In this document: positions 1 through 10,046 of the stretch, in pieces
Layout: every line of letters begins with the position of its first letter
Numbering within the stretch: position 1 is the first letter of the stretch
Assembly (NCBI GenBank): GCA_963666565.1
Contig: OY762911.1
Coordinates: forward strand, 1,984,001 to 2,048,000
DNA from: Thermoanaerobaculia bacterium
GTDB taxonomy: Bacteria; Acidobacteriota; Thermoanaerobaculia; Multivoradales; Multivoraceae
Reading direction: 5' to 3'
Length of the DNA: 64,000 nucleotides
Made by a program: the position numbers and the translations under genes
The notes under the pieces: generated by a model
Told to the model about the DNA's origin: nothing
Seen by the model: the letters and a program-made list of their open reading frames with translations, nothing else
Databases searched by the model: none

Positions 1-2591
1 AGGATGGAGGAGAGGAAGCCGTAGGCGCGCGCGAACGCCTTGGCCTTTCCCTTGAAGTCGACCTGCCCGTCCTCGTCGAGTTCGCTCAGGTAGACCGCGA
101 CGCACTCGTCGAGGATCGGGTCGAGCCGGTCGCGCTCGGCGCCGTCCAGATAGCGCTCGACGAACAGGTCGACCTGCTCCGCCGAACAGACCTGCGCCGC
201 GTCGAGGCCAGCCTGCAGGTCGTGCAGCCGGTCGGGGTCCGGCTCGTCGGCCAGGATCGTGCCGCGGTAGTAGTTCGCGAACGAGTCGCGGATGATCTCC
301 GTGTCGTTCAGGAAGTCGAGCACGAACACGTCGTGCTTGCCGGGGTGCGCCCGGTTGAGCCGCGAGAGGGTCTGCACCGCCTTGATGCCGGCAAGCGTCT
401 TGTCGACGTACATCGTGTGCAGCAGCGGTTCGTCGTAGCCGGTCTGGAACTTGTCGGCGCAGACCAGGAACCGGTAGGGGTGTTCCCGGATCTTCGTCGC
501 GATCCGGCTGGACGGGAAGCCGTTGAGCGAGGCTTCCGTGACCCTCGCGCCGCCGTATTCGTGCTCGCCCGAGAAGGCGACGATCGCCCGGTACGGGCTC
601 TTCCTCGCGTCCAGGCAGTCGCGGATGGCGTGGAAGTACTGGATCGCGCGCTGGACGCCGTTCGTGACCACCATGGCCCGCGCCTCGCCGCCGATCTTGC
701 GCGGCGCGGCGACCCGGTCGTGGAAGTGGTCCGCCACGATCTCGGCCTTCAGCCGGATGGCGTGGTCGTGCCCCTCGACGAAGCGCCGCAGCTTCCGCTG
801 CGCCTTCTTGACGTCGAACTCCGGGTCGTCCTCGACGCTCTTTGCGAGCCGGTAGTAGCTCCTGACCGGCGTGTAGTGCTTCAGCACGTCGAGAATGAAG
901 CCCTCCTCGATCGCCTGCTTCATCGAGTAGGTGTGGAAGGCGCGGCGCCTGACCGTGCCGTCGGGTTGCGGTTCGGGAACTCCGAAGAGCTCCAGCGTCT
1001 TGTTCTTGGGTGTTGCCGTGAACGCGAAGTAGCTGGCGTTCGACAGCATCTTGCGCGACTCCATCAGGCGGTTGATCCGGTCCTCGTAGGTCTCCTCCTC
1101 GCCGCGGGCGCCGGCTTCGGAGAGGGCGCCCGAGACCGCGGCGCTGGTCCGGCCGCCCTGGCTTGAGTGGGCCTCGTCGATGACGATCGCGAACCGGCGT
1201 CCGCGCTGCTCGTTGCCGATGGCGTCCAGGACGTGGGGGAACTTCTGGATCGTCGTGATGACGATCTTCTTGCCGCCTTCGAGGAACTGGCGGAGGTCCG
1301 CCGAGCGGTCGGCGTGGCCGACGGTGGCGCCGACCTGCGCGTACTGCCTGATCGTGGCGTGGATCTGGCGGTCGAGAATGACCCGGTCCGTGACGACGAC
1401 GATGGAGTCGAAGACCGTGCCGCCGCCGCTTCGTCCCTGGGAGTTCGGGTCGCCGCCGCGCCCGTCCGGCCCGCTCGGTCGATGGTCCTCGGCCTCTTCG
1501 GCGCGCGGCTCGACGTCGCGGTTGCCGCCGCGCCGCTCGAGCCCGATCAGCCGGTGGGCCAGCCAGGCGATCGAGTAGCTCTTGCCGCTGCCCGCCGAGT
1601 GCTGGATCAGGTAGCGCCGGCCCGCGCCGTGCTCGGCCGCGTCGGCCAGGAGCCGGCGGACCACGTCGAGCTGGTGGTAGCGCGGCCAGATCTGCGTCTT
1701 CTTCTTCCGGCCCGTCTTCTCGTCCTTCGATTCGACGATCTGGGCGTAGTTCTCGACGATCTCCGTCAGGCTCTCACGAGTCAGGACCTCGCGCCACAGG
1801 TAGTCCGCGGCCAGACCGTCAGGGTTGGGCGGGTTGCCGGCGCCATCGTTCCAGCCCCGGTTGAAGGGCAGGAACCAGGACGCCTTGCCTCGCAGGTGGG
1901 TGCAGAAGCGCACCTCCCGCTCGTCCGCCGCGAAGTGGACGATGCAGCGGCCGAACTCGAACAGCTTCTCCCGCGGGTTGCGGTCCTTCCGGTACTGCTC
2001 GACGGCGTCGCTGACCGTCTGCTTGGTCAAGCTGTTCTTCAGTTCGAACGTGACGACCGGCAGGCCGTTGACGAACAGCGCCAGGTCGAGCGCCAGTTGA
2101 GCCCGGTCGCCGCTGTAGCGAAGCTGCCGCGTGACGGTGAAGCGGTTCAGCTCGAAGCGTTGCCGCGCGGCCTCGTTGCCCTCCGACGGCGTGCCGTAGA
2201 ACAGCTCCAGATCGTGCGCGCCGTGCCCGATGCCGTTCCGCAGCACGTCGATGGTCCCGCGCTTCGCGATCTCGCCCTGCAACCGGGCGAGGAACTTCCG
2301 CCGCGCCGGCCCGTCCTCGTCCAGGGCCAGGCCGTCCGCGGCGTCGGGCTGCGTGGCTTGGAGGAAGGCCGAGAGCTGGGTGAAATCGACGCAGTAGTTC
2401 CGGTCGTAGTCGCGGGGGTCGCCGGGGGTCCAGCCGGCGGTGGTGGGGGCCGTGGTGCGGGCGCTGCCGGAGGCGGGGCTCGGTTCGGCCGGTTGGGGGA
2501 GTTCGCCGGGCTTCGGCGGGTCGCAGGGGTGGCCGGTGAGGGCCGTGCAGATGAGGCGCTCGAGGCCGCGTTCGGACGTGTCGGTGGTCAC
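1..2591 (-). CDS. hsdR: Type I restriction enzyme R subunit (3' end runs off the window)
   Basis: Manual translation from GTG at 2591: MTTDTSERGLERLI..., nuclease motif LFVNGLPVVTFELKN, Walker A QHSAGSGKS, DEAH box (IVIDEAHSSQ), FTATP, QTGYDEP, QTLSRLNR. Missing from the ORF track because no stop lies in the window. Confidence 0.93.
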   Translation of the reverse strand, partial: MTTDTSERGLERLICTALTGHPCDPPKPGELPQPAEPSPASGSARTTAPTTAGWTPGDPRDYDRNYCVDFTQLSAFLQATQPDAADGLALDEDGPARRKFLARLQGEIAKRGTIDVLRNGIGHGAHDLELFYGTPSEGNEAARQRFELNRFTVTRQLRYSGDRAQLALDLALFVNGLPVVTFELKNSLTKQTVSDAVEQYRKDRNPREKLFEFGRCIVHFAADEREVRFCTHLRGKASWFLPFNRGWNDGAGNPPNPDGLAADYLWREVLTRESLTEIVENYAQIVESKDEKTGRKKKTQIWPRYHQLDVVRRLLADAAEHGAGRRYLIQHSAGSGKSYSIAWLAHRLIGLERRGGNRDVEPRAEEAEDHRPSGPDGRGGDPNSQGRSGGGTVFDSIVVVTDRVILDRQIHATIRQYAQVGATVGHADRSADLRQFLEGGKKIVITTIQKFPHVLDAIGNEQRGRRFAIVIDEAHSSQGGRTSAAVSGALSEAGARGEEETYEDRINRLMESRKMLSNASYFAFTATPKNKTLELFGVPEPQPDGTVRRRAFHTYSMKQAIEEGFILDVLKHYTPVRSYYRLAKSVEDDPEFDVKKAQRKLRRFVEGHDHAIRLKAEIVADHFHDRVAAPRKIGGEARAMVVTNGVQRAIQYFHAIRDCLDARKSPYRAIVAFSGEHEYGGARVTEASLNGFPSSRIATKIREHPYRFLVCADKFQTGYDEPLLHTMYVDKTLAGIKAVQTLSRLNRAHPGKHDVFVLDFLNDTEIIRDSFANYYRGTILADEPDPDRLHDLQAGLDAAQVCSAEQVDLFVERYLDGAERDRLDPILDECVAVYLSELDEDGQVDFKGKAKAFARAYGFLSSI

Positions 2592-2630
2592 GTCGCGTCC
2601 GAAGACTCGGCAGGCGACCGGCCCGCTCGC

Positions 2631-3776
2631 TCAGCCGTCACGACCGGCCGCCTCGCGGCGCTTCCCCAGCATGTTCCGATACACCGTGTCGGAAGTCGCC
2701 TTGACGTCCTCGGTGATGTCCAGCAGCGATTCGTCCTGGCCGTCGTAGGCCCGGAGAGAGCCGACAGCGTCGCGCATGGCGCTGCGCGCTTGCAGAAGGG
2801 ACACGAGGAAGCGCCGGTCCATCGGTTCGGTGGCCGCGTGCGCCTGGTGCAGGGCGTATCCGGCTGCCAGGAGTTCCCGTGCCTCTGCGTGCGGAAGGAC
2901 TTCTCCGAGCCGTTTGATGTCGGGGTTCATCGCGTGGACCGCAGGCGGGATGTCGCCTTGCCTCGAGCCGTAGATCCAGAGGAGCACCTCTCGAAGACAG
3001 TCCAGCTTCTCCGCGGGGACGGGGTCGGGCCGCGGTTCGTCCGGCGGCCAGGTACGTGCCAGCCCGAGGTACTCCCGGTACTGCGAACGCGAGAGGGCGA
3101 CGTACAGATGAGCGAAGCTGAACTTCGGCGTGTAGCGGTCCTCGATGTCGAACAGGCCCTCCCTGACTGCCTGCTCCAGTACGTAGACGGCGGACACCAT
3201 CCGCTTGACCGCGCCGTGGCGGTCGCCGAGCGCGCTGGCGATTCGCTCGATGCCGACGTCCCCTTCCCGGTACCAGTCCGTCGCGAACCGCGCCTTGGCG
3301 TAGGCGCTCCACTTGGCGGCGCCGTTGATGTGCTTGAAACCGATGAACGCCCGCGCATCCTCGCGCTTCGCGACCCGATAGACCGTCACCTCGTCGAGGG
3401 TGTGGCGGAGCGAATCCCGGACCTCGGGCACCGTGATCTGGAGCTTCTTCTCGGGGAAGATCCTGCCCGCCAGCCTGCTCGCCAACTCCGGCTCCCGCAA
3501 GAGCCTGAGCGCTGCGAGGCGGCGATTCCCCTCAAGGACGATCAACTCGTCGCTGCCGGCGGCGCCCATCGCGACCAGCGGTTCGATGTCGAGGTAGCCG
3601 TTCGTCGAGATCGACTGAAGCAGTTCGTCGAGTCCCGCGGAGTAGAGCCGGGCGATGATCGACTCCTCCGTGGCTCGCCTCCCTCGATCCGGGAATCTCG
3701 GAGCCTCGCGGTCCAGGCGGAGTCGCTCGACGGGGACCTTCGCCGCCGTCCCAACTCGTGACTGCGCCTCGTGCAT
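2631..3776 (-). CDS. ParB/Srx-like N-terminal domain protein associated with the R-M locus
   Basis: LRLDREAPRF, ELLQSISTNGY..EPL, VLEGNRRLAALRLL and HINGAAKW fit a ParB-like fold. ATG at 3776 is preferred over the track start. Confidence 0.7.
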   Translation of the reverse strand: MHEAQSRVGTAAKVPVERLRLDREAPRFPDRGRRATEESIIARLYSAGLDELLQSISTNGYLDIEPLVAMGAAGSDELIVLEGNRRLAALRLLREPELASRLAGRIFPEKKLQITVPEVRDSLRHTLDEVTVYRVAKREDARAFIGFKHINGAAKWSAYAKARFATDWYREGDVGIERIASALGDRHGAVKRMVSAVYVLEQAVREGLFDIEDRYTPKFSFAHLYVALSRSQYREYLGLARTWPPDEPRPDPVPAEKLDCLREVLLWIYGSRQGDIPPAVHAMNPDIKRLGEVLPHAEARELLAAGYALHQAHAATEPMDRRFLVSLLQARSAMRDAVGSLRAYDGQDESLLDITEDVKATSDTVYRNMLGKRREAAGRDG

Positions 3777-4027
3777 GACGCCGGCTATCTTAGACGCAGG
3801 GGCCCGTGGGTGTCGCGGTGGCCAGTGAACCCGGCTCCAGGTCGGCAAGTGCCCAGGGCGTCACCTTTGGCCCGGCAGCTTCCGCAGACGAGAAGATGTG
3901 CATGGACTTGGAGACTGCACCCCGCGGTTCAACGGTGGTGTACTGTCTCGCCTTCCGTGACCTTGGAGGAACGAGGTGGGGGTGCTTGCCGGCGCGCCGG
4001 CGAACTTTCCGGCCCGAGTACGTCGAG

Positions 4028-7000
4028 ATGCCGTTACCAGGAGGGCCCGCTGCCAAGCTCGGTATCCGCTACGAGAAGTGGTGGACGCTCTCGGAGTTCG
4101 TTCGAATGCTCCACGGAGAGACAGACTCGATTCGGCTGGAGGAGCCCGGTCTTGATGCAGCAGAGTTCGTTGTGAGGAACGGCTCGCAGCGCGAGTTTCA
4201 TCAGGTAAAGCGCCGCAACCCGAGCGGGAAGTGGAGCTTGCCAGCGCTTAAGTCCGAAGGTGTTCTTCAAGCGATGGGGCGGAGGCTGGCCAACAGCGCC
4301 GACTGCTTTGTCTTCGCATCAAGCTCTGACGCGCCGGAGCTCTCCGATCTGTGTGACACCGCTGGCGGATCAGCTTCAATCGAAGAGTACCGACGGGTCT
4401 TCCTCAAAGCCGACTCGCGCCGAGAGCCCTTTGACGAGCTGCGCCGAGCGTGGGGCTGCAGCCTTGAGGAGACGTTCAATCGGCTGCGGCGAATCGAGGT
4501 CAGTACGATCAACGAGCGCGAACTGCGAAAGACCGTCGAACGAGGGTTGCGGGCACTCTTCATCTCGAACCCGGCCGACGTGGAGAAGACGCTACTGGCG
4601 ATGGTCGATGACTCCTTGCATCAGACCCTTACACGCCAGGGACTTAGGGAGACCCTCACCCGTAGCGGCTACCAGATGCGGCACCTCAACAACCCAGAGG
4701 ACGCGGCCGGGGCCGTACGACGAGCGACCGATGATCACTACCTCGTGAGGGCCCAGAAGCGGCTCATTCAAGAGCGACTCGTTCCAACGGACGCCGCAAG
4801 GGTGGTGCTTTCTCGCCTGGGCGAAACGTCGACGGACCTTGTCCTGGTTGGGAAGGCCGGCGTCGGCAAGACGGCCTGTATCGTTGAGGTAGTGCGCGCC
4901 TTGCGAGAGCAGCGCGGTATGCCAGTCTTGGTCTTTCGCCTCGATCACCATACGTCGGCACGGTCCACTAGAGAGATTGGCCAGCAGTTGGAACTGGAGG
5001 AGTCGCCCGCGTTCGTTCTGGCCGCCGCAGCGGAGTCCGCGAACCGGTCTGGCGTTCTGATCGTGGATCAGTTGGACGCGGTCAGCACGATGCCTGACAG
5101 GGGGTCCGGCGCTCTTGATGTGGTTGAGGCGCTGCTTGACGAGACCCGAGGCCTTCGGGCGCGGGTTCCCGTTCACACGATAGTCGTGAGTCGGGAGTTC
5201 GATTGGGAGCACGACCCGCAGCTTAGGGGGCTTGCCGCCAAGTCCGCGGGGCCGGTCAAGGTCACGGAGTTCCATGTGGCCCAGGTCAAGGAGATCCTGG
5301 CGGACGCTGGTTTCGATCCGACACTCTTCGGGGAGAATCAACTCCAGGTCCTACGGCTCGCGCAGAATTTGTCGCTGTTCTTGGACACCGGTTTCTCTGC
5401 CTCCTGCGCTCCGGCGTTCCGCACGGCCAAGCACCTGTTCGACCGATACTGGTCCTACAAGCAGCGAGTGGTTGACAGGAGAGCGGGGAATCTAGCGGGC
5501 CGCTGGACCGAGATCGTGCGGAGGGTCTGCGACGAGATGACGTCGTCTCAGCGTCTCGCGGTTCCGAAGGAGAGGCTCGACGAAGTGCCAGAGGACTATC
5601 TGCAACAGATGGCGTCGGAGGGCGTGCTGACGTTCGACGGCCACTGCTACGGCTTCGGGCACGAGAGCTTCTTCGACTATTGCTCCGCGCGTCTGTTTTG
5701 CGGCCGGTCGGAGCGACTTGTGTCGTTGTTGACGGGTGCAGAGCAGCATCTTTTCCGACGTTCCCAGGTGCGCCAGGTTCTGGTCTACCTTCGCGACGAG
5801 GACTTCCCCAGGTACGTGGAAGAGGTTGGTGAGCTCCTCTCGGATGAGGGGATTCGCGTCCACATCAAGCATCTTGTGTTCGCGCTCTTGGCTGGTGTCG
5901 AGGAGCCGAGGGCTGAGGAGTGGGCGATCTGGGAGACGTGGATCGGACCAGAACTGAAGGCGATCGAGGCCGATGCACAAGGTCAGAACGCGTTGTCGGC
6001 CCTCGCGTGGCGGTCGTTCTTCGTTGCAGGCTCGTGGTTCCGCATCGCCGATGACCGCGGGAAGGTCGAGGAGTGGCTTGGCGGCCGTGGAGACCAGCTC
6101 GGCGACTTGGCGGTGAGATACCTCTTGGCGCATCATCGCCACTCGCCTGATCGAGTCTCGGCTCACCTCAATCCGTATGTCGACTCCGGCGGTCGGTGGC
6201 CCCAACGCTTTCTGTACTTCATGGGGCGCGTCCAGCACGGCGCCAGCAGATCACTCTTCGAGCTGTTTCTCCGTTTGGTGGACAACGGTGTACTGGACGA
6301 TGGCCGGGCGATGTTCGCCTCCAACGAGACGTTCTGGGACATGCTCCGGGATCTGAAGGAGGATCGGCCGGAGTGGATTGCTGAGGCGCTCGCCCACCGG
6401 CTCCGACGCCGGCTACGACTCCGCCTTGAGGACGATTCGGACGCCTATCCAGGACGGCTCCTGGGCAACCACGGCTCGGGCTCCCGCGTGTTTGTGAAGT
6501 CGGCTGCGAACGCTCCCGCTGCGTATGTGAAGCACGTCCTGCCGGCGGTGCTTGAGGTCGTCGATTCGACGGTTACGGGGGAGAAACCGCCGAGGCGGGA
6601 TACGGTTTGGTTTCTCCTTCACGAGTTCAGCCATCTCAGTGCCGACGAGACATGTCTGAAGTGCCTCGGCCAAGCGCTGGCGACGGTGGCTCAGGTCGAT
6701 AGAAGATCGGCAAGAGAGCTGATTGCCGACTTGCGAGGGCGAGATAGCCACACGGCGAACTACCTGCTATTGGCGCTCTATCGGGGGGAGCCAACCCGGT
6801 ATGCCGACGAGGCAATGTCACTGCTGTGTGAGGAACCCTGGCGACTTGAATGCGGCGCAGGCGGTAACGGATGGTGGTACGCGATGGAGACGATCCGGGC
6901 GACCTTTCCTCACTGTTCTGCGCCCACACGTGCGAGGCTCGAGGCACTGATTGTCGGACATGCCGACTGGTTTGAGCGGACCAAGGAAGGCCGACAATCG

Positions 7001-8542
7001 GAGGGTCGTGCTCGGTTCGCCCTCCTTTCGGCAATCCCTGCGGATCTCCGCGGCAGGCAAGCGCATAAGCACTTTCAGGAGTTGGAGCGGAAGTTCGGGG
7101 AACCTCCGGGGAAACCACGCGGGCCGGAGGGCGGTCTCGTTGGGCCTCCGATACCTGCCGAGTCCACCGTCAAGATGACGGATCAGCAGTGGCTTCGGGC
7201 CATCGCGAAGCACTCCGCCGAGTGGTCGCCTCGCCGTTATTCACGGAACATACAGAAGGGCGGTGCGCGGGAATTGGCGGGAACTCTGGTCGAACGCACC
7301 CAGGAGGAACCAGAGCGGTTCGCTCGTCTGTGCCTGCGTTTCCCGGCCGATGCGAACCCCGCCTATCTCGACGGCGTCTTGTCTGGCCTGAAGGAGGCTT
7401 CGATAGCGAATGAGTTGAAGCTCCAGGTCTGCCGCAAGGCGTTCGGTGAGGCTTTCGATTACTGCGGTCAGTCGGTAGCGGACGTCCTCGGTGGCCTTGA
7501 GTCTCCAGTCCCGGCGGAGGCCATGGGGATGCTTGACCGGCTTGCGACTGAGCACAGTGATCCCAGTTCGGAGGCGTGGCAGAAGAAGACGGCGGACGGT
7601 CGTCGAGTCTTCAACGGCGACATCTACTGGAGCGGTATCAACTCGACACGTGGACAGACAGCCCTTGCGGTCGCCAAGCTCATCTCTGCGGACGACTCGT
7701 GCCTGACGCCGTTCCGGCCGACCCTTGATCGGATGGTCGAGGACGAAAGCCCGGCCGTCGTTTCTTGCGTCATTGGCACGCTCTTGGCCGTTGCCTATCA
7801 CGAGCCCAAACTCGCGCTGCGGCTCCTCGGAAGAACGAACCTGTCCGAGGTCCGGCTGCTCGCTACTCGGCACGCTCGACATCTTCTTCACGGCACCCTG
7901 CATCGGAACTTCGACCAGGTCCGCCCGTTTCTCAAGCGCATGATTCAGTCGTCGGAACCGGAGGTCTGCCAAGCAGGCGCTCGCTTGCTCAGCGTCGCGG
8001 CGCTGAGCCACGAAGGAGCGGCGGAGCTTGTAGCGCGGTGTCTCGGGGGCAGCGCCGCCCACCGGCTCGGTGTGTGCGAGGTGGCCGCTGCCAACGTGGC
8101 CGACTCGGAGTGTGGGGCGTGGTGCGAGCGAACCCTCTCGGAACTGTTCGATGACGCCGATGCCAATGTCCGAAAAGAGGCTGCGACCTGCTTCCGGCAT
8201 GTCGAGAACGAACCGCTCGAAGAGTACGCGGACCTGGTCCAGGCGTTCTGTAGCAGCAGGGCCTATCGCGACGACCCGTTCTGGCTGCTCGACGTCTTGG
8301 AGACGGTGCGAGGTCGACTGCCGGGCGTAACGATCATGGCCTGCGAACGGTTCTTCGACCGATTCGACGGGCTTGAGCAAGGCCGGACTCGTGGGCTCCG
8401 TACGATTGTCAAGCTGATCTTCCGGGCGTACCAGCAGTACGAGCAAGAGAGTTGGGGTCAGCGGTCACTGGATCTCATCGACAGACTCTGTCTTGAAGGC
8501 ATCTACGAGGTCGGAAAGGAACTCGATCACTTTGATCGGTAG
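4028..8542 (+). CDS. Large STAND-type NTPase with N-terminal PD-(D/E)xK-like nuclease and helical-repeat C-terminus (AVAST/Avs-like antiphage candidate)
   Basis: Start MPLPGGPAAKLGIRYEKWW; D..EF...EFHQVK nuclease-like motif; Walker A GKAGVGKT; Walker B LIVDQLD; GFGHESFFDY; long helical tail. Visibly more AT-rich than the flanks. Confidence 0.75.
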   Translation: MPLPGGPAAKLGIRYEKWWTLSEFVRMLHGETDSIRLEEPGLDAAEFVVRNGSQREFHQVKRRNPSGKWSLPALKSEGVLQAMGRRLANSADCFVFASSSDAPELSDLCDTAGGSASIEEYRRVFLKADSRREPFDELRRAWGCSLEETFNRLRRIEVSTINERELRKTVERGLRALFISNPADVEKTLLAMVDDSLHQTLTRQGLRETLTRSGYQMRHLNNPEDAAGAVRRATDDHYLVRAQKRLIQERLVPTDAARVVLSRLGETSTDLVLVGKAGVGKTACIVEVVRALREQRGMPVLVFRLDHHTSARSTREIGQQLELEESPAFVLAAAAESANRSGVLIVDQLDAVSTMPDRGSGALDVVEALLDETRGLRARVPVHTIVVSREFDWEHDPQLRGLAAKSAGPVKVTEFHVAQVKEILADAGFDPTLFGENQLQVLRLAQNLSLFLDTGFSASCAPAFRTAKHLFDRYWSYKQRVVDRRAGNLAGRWTEIVRRVCDEMTSSQRLAVPKERLDEVPEDYLQQMASEGVLTFDGHCYGFGHESFFDYCSARLFCGRSERLVSLLTGAEQHLFRRSQVRQVLVYLRDEDFPRYVEEVGELLSDEGIRVHIKHLVFALLAGVEEPRAEEWAIWETWIGPELKAIEADAQGQNALSALAWRSFFVAGSWFRIADDRGKVEEWLGGRGDQLGDLAVRYLLAHHRHSPDRVSAHLNPYVDSGGRWPQRFLYFMGRVQHGASRSLFELFLRLVDNGVLDDGRAMFASNETFWDMLRDLKEDRPEWIAEALAHRLRRRLRLRLEDDSDAYPGRLLGNHGSGSRVFVKSAANAPAAYVKHVLPAVLEVVDSTVTGEKPPRRDTVWFLLHEFSHLSADETCLKCLGQALATVAQVDRRSARELIADLRGRDSHTANYLLLALYRGEPTRYADEAMSLLCEEPWRLECGAGGNGWWYAMETIRATFPHCSAPTRARLEALIVGHADWFERTKEGRQSEGRARFALLSAIPADLRGRQAHKHFQELERKFGEPPGKPRGPEGGLVGPPIPAESTVKMTDQQWLRAIAKHSAEWSPRRYSRNIQKGGARELAGTLVERTQEEPERFARLCLRFPADANPAYLDGVLSGLKEASIANELKLQVCRKAFGEAFDYCGQSVADVLGGLESPVPAEAMGMLDRLATEHSDPSSEAWQKKTADGRRVFNGDIYWSGINSTRGQTALAVAKLISADDSCLTPFRPTLDRMVEDESPAVVSCVIGTLLAVAYHEPKLALRLLGRTNLSEVRLLATRHARHLLHGTLHRNFDQVRPFLKRMIQSSEPEVCQAGARLLSVAALSHEGAAELVARCLGGSAAHRLGVCEVAAANVADSECGAWCERTLSELFDDADANVRKEAATCFRHVENEPLEEYADLVQAFCSSRAYRDDPFWLLDVLETVRGRLPGVTIMACERFFDRFDGLEQGRTRGLRTIVKLIFRAYQQYEQESWGQRSLDLIDRLCLEGIYEVGKELDHFDR

Positions 8543-8672
8543 GTAGGGAGGATGCGGCATCTTGGCCGTTCTGTCGGCCGATGGCCGTTGTAAGGCGGAA
8601 CGGATGGCGACGTGAGGCAGTGTGCGCCGGGGCAGGTCTTGACTGCTTGCCGGCCCGGGCAGAGGAAGCGCC

Positions 8673-10046
8673 TCAGGGGAGCGCAACGGCCGTGTGGCGC
8701 ACGTCAAGCTTCCCGGTGACCGCGTCGGCAGTCACTCGTGCGCGGAACTCGCTGAGAAGGGCGATGTGGCGGTGCGTGCGGTCGATTGCGGCTGCGTGTC
8801 GGTCCGTGACTTTCCGGCAGAACTGCGCGATGGCGACCTGCTCGGGCGGCGGTGGCAGGCAGACGCGCAACCGCGAGACGATTTCGGCATTCAGGTTGGA
8901 CATCGTAGAGCCGACCGATGCGAGTTCGAGTGCATCGCGGGTGCGTGACGAGTTCAGAACGAGAAGGAGGTAGTCGGGCGAACAGACCGTCTTTCTTGCC
9001 CGGAGTCGCAGGCTGCCAGTACCGCAGATCCAGCCTGCTTGGGCGGAACGCACCAGGGCGGAGCGACCGACTTCGCCGCGCCGGGCGATGACGACGTCGC
9101 CAGTAGCGAGTCGGTGCCTTGAGAGTTCCGCCGCCTTCCGTCCGGTGACGGCTATGGAGCGATCTGGCGCTATCCTGCCTTCGCTCAGGTGCGACGGATT
9201 GATGACGGGAACGCCGCCGTCGATGTACTCGTCGGCATGGAGTTGACTACCGAACGGCCCGGTCTGAATCGAGTTCGACGCTGTGCCAAGTGCAAGTTCA
9301 GGCCAGTGCGCCGGCACTTCCGTCAGCCATTCGACCTCCGATTCCTTGTATTCGAGATAGGGCTGGCCGGTCCGGACGTCGATCTGGCCGGTGACGGCCT
9401 GATGCACGATGGCCTGTTGCTGCTCCTCCAGCAGCCCGATCAGCTTCTCCTTCTTCCGAATGGCCCGACGGATGTGCCGGTCGATGTAGTCGAGAAAGCG
9501 GGCGATGGCGGTCTGTTCGGCTAGCGGAGGCAGCGTTAGCGGCAGGTCTCGCCAGCGTTCGGTTGGAAGCCTGCGCGTGCCATGCCCTGCTTCGTCGATC
9601 AGAGGAAACAGGCCGTCGCGAGCGCAAGCGAGGAACGACGCCAGATAGGCCGCGTTGAGCGCGGGACAGGGGCGTAGGGCTTTCATGTCCTGGTTGATCG
9701 TTACCGGCGAGGTCGTTCTGGCGATGGGCACTCTGCGGGCAAGGATCATTCCGCGGACGACCATGAGCACGGCGGGAGGCTGAACCAACCGAAGTGCGGT
9801 TTCGGCGAGTGCGGCGTCTGTGACCCGCACACGCGAATCGCCGATCACCATGGTCTTCATGTCCTTCGGCGTGACCCATGGAATGTCGCCGTTCCAGAAG
9901 CGACCGTCTTCCATGCTGGGCGTCATTCCTCCCGAGATCGAGGCGCATTGCCGGAGCTTCCTCATCTTCCAATGCGCCGGTACCTCGCCCAGCCACTCCA
10001 CGCCGGAGTCCTCGTACTCGCTGTAGGCCTCCAGCGCGTGCGTCAT
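8673..10046 (-). CDS. hsdS: Type I R-M specificity subunit
   Basis: Two TRDs with conserved repeats YxEYxxSxVEWLxEVPAHW and LPPxxEQxAIAxF, plus AVTG motifs. Confidence 0.93.
   Translation of the reverse strand: MTHALEAYSEYEDSGVEWLGEVPAHWKMRKLRQCASISGGMTPSMEDGRFWNGDIPWVTPKDMKTMVIGDSRVRVTDAALAETALRLVQPPAVLMVVRGMILARRVPIARTTSPVTINQDMKALRPCPALNAAYLASFLACARDGLFPLIDEAGHGTRRLPTERWRDLPLTLPPLAEQTAIARFLDYIDRHIRRAIRKKEKLIGLLEEQQQAIVHQAVTGQIDVRTGQPYLEYKESEVEWLTEVPAHWPELALGTASNSIQTGPFGSQLHADEYIDGGVPVINPSHLSEGRIAPDRSIAVTGRKAAELSRHRLATGDVVIARRGEVGRSALVRSAQAGWICGTGSLRLRARKTVCSPDYLLLVLNSSRTRDALELASVGSTMSNLNAEIVSRLRVCLPPPPEQVAIAQFCRKVTDRHAAAIDRTHRHIALLSEFRARVTADAVTGKLDVRHTAVALP

Noticed and set aside
222-3761. 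Long plus-strand ORFs of 314 and 864 aa
   Set aside because: Antisense shadows of hsdR and the ParB-like gene, typical of high-GC DNA; no recognisable motifs.
3806-4027. N-terminal extension of the STAND ORF in the track
   Set aside because: The recognisable domain begins at ATG 4028, and the extension would fill the divergent intergenic region.
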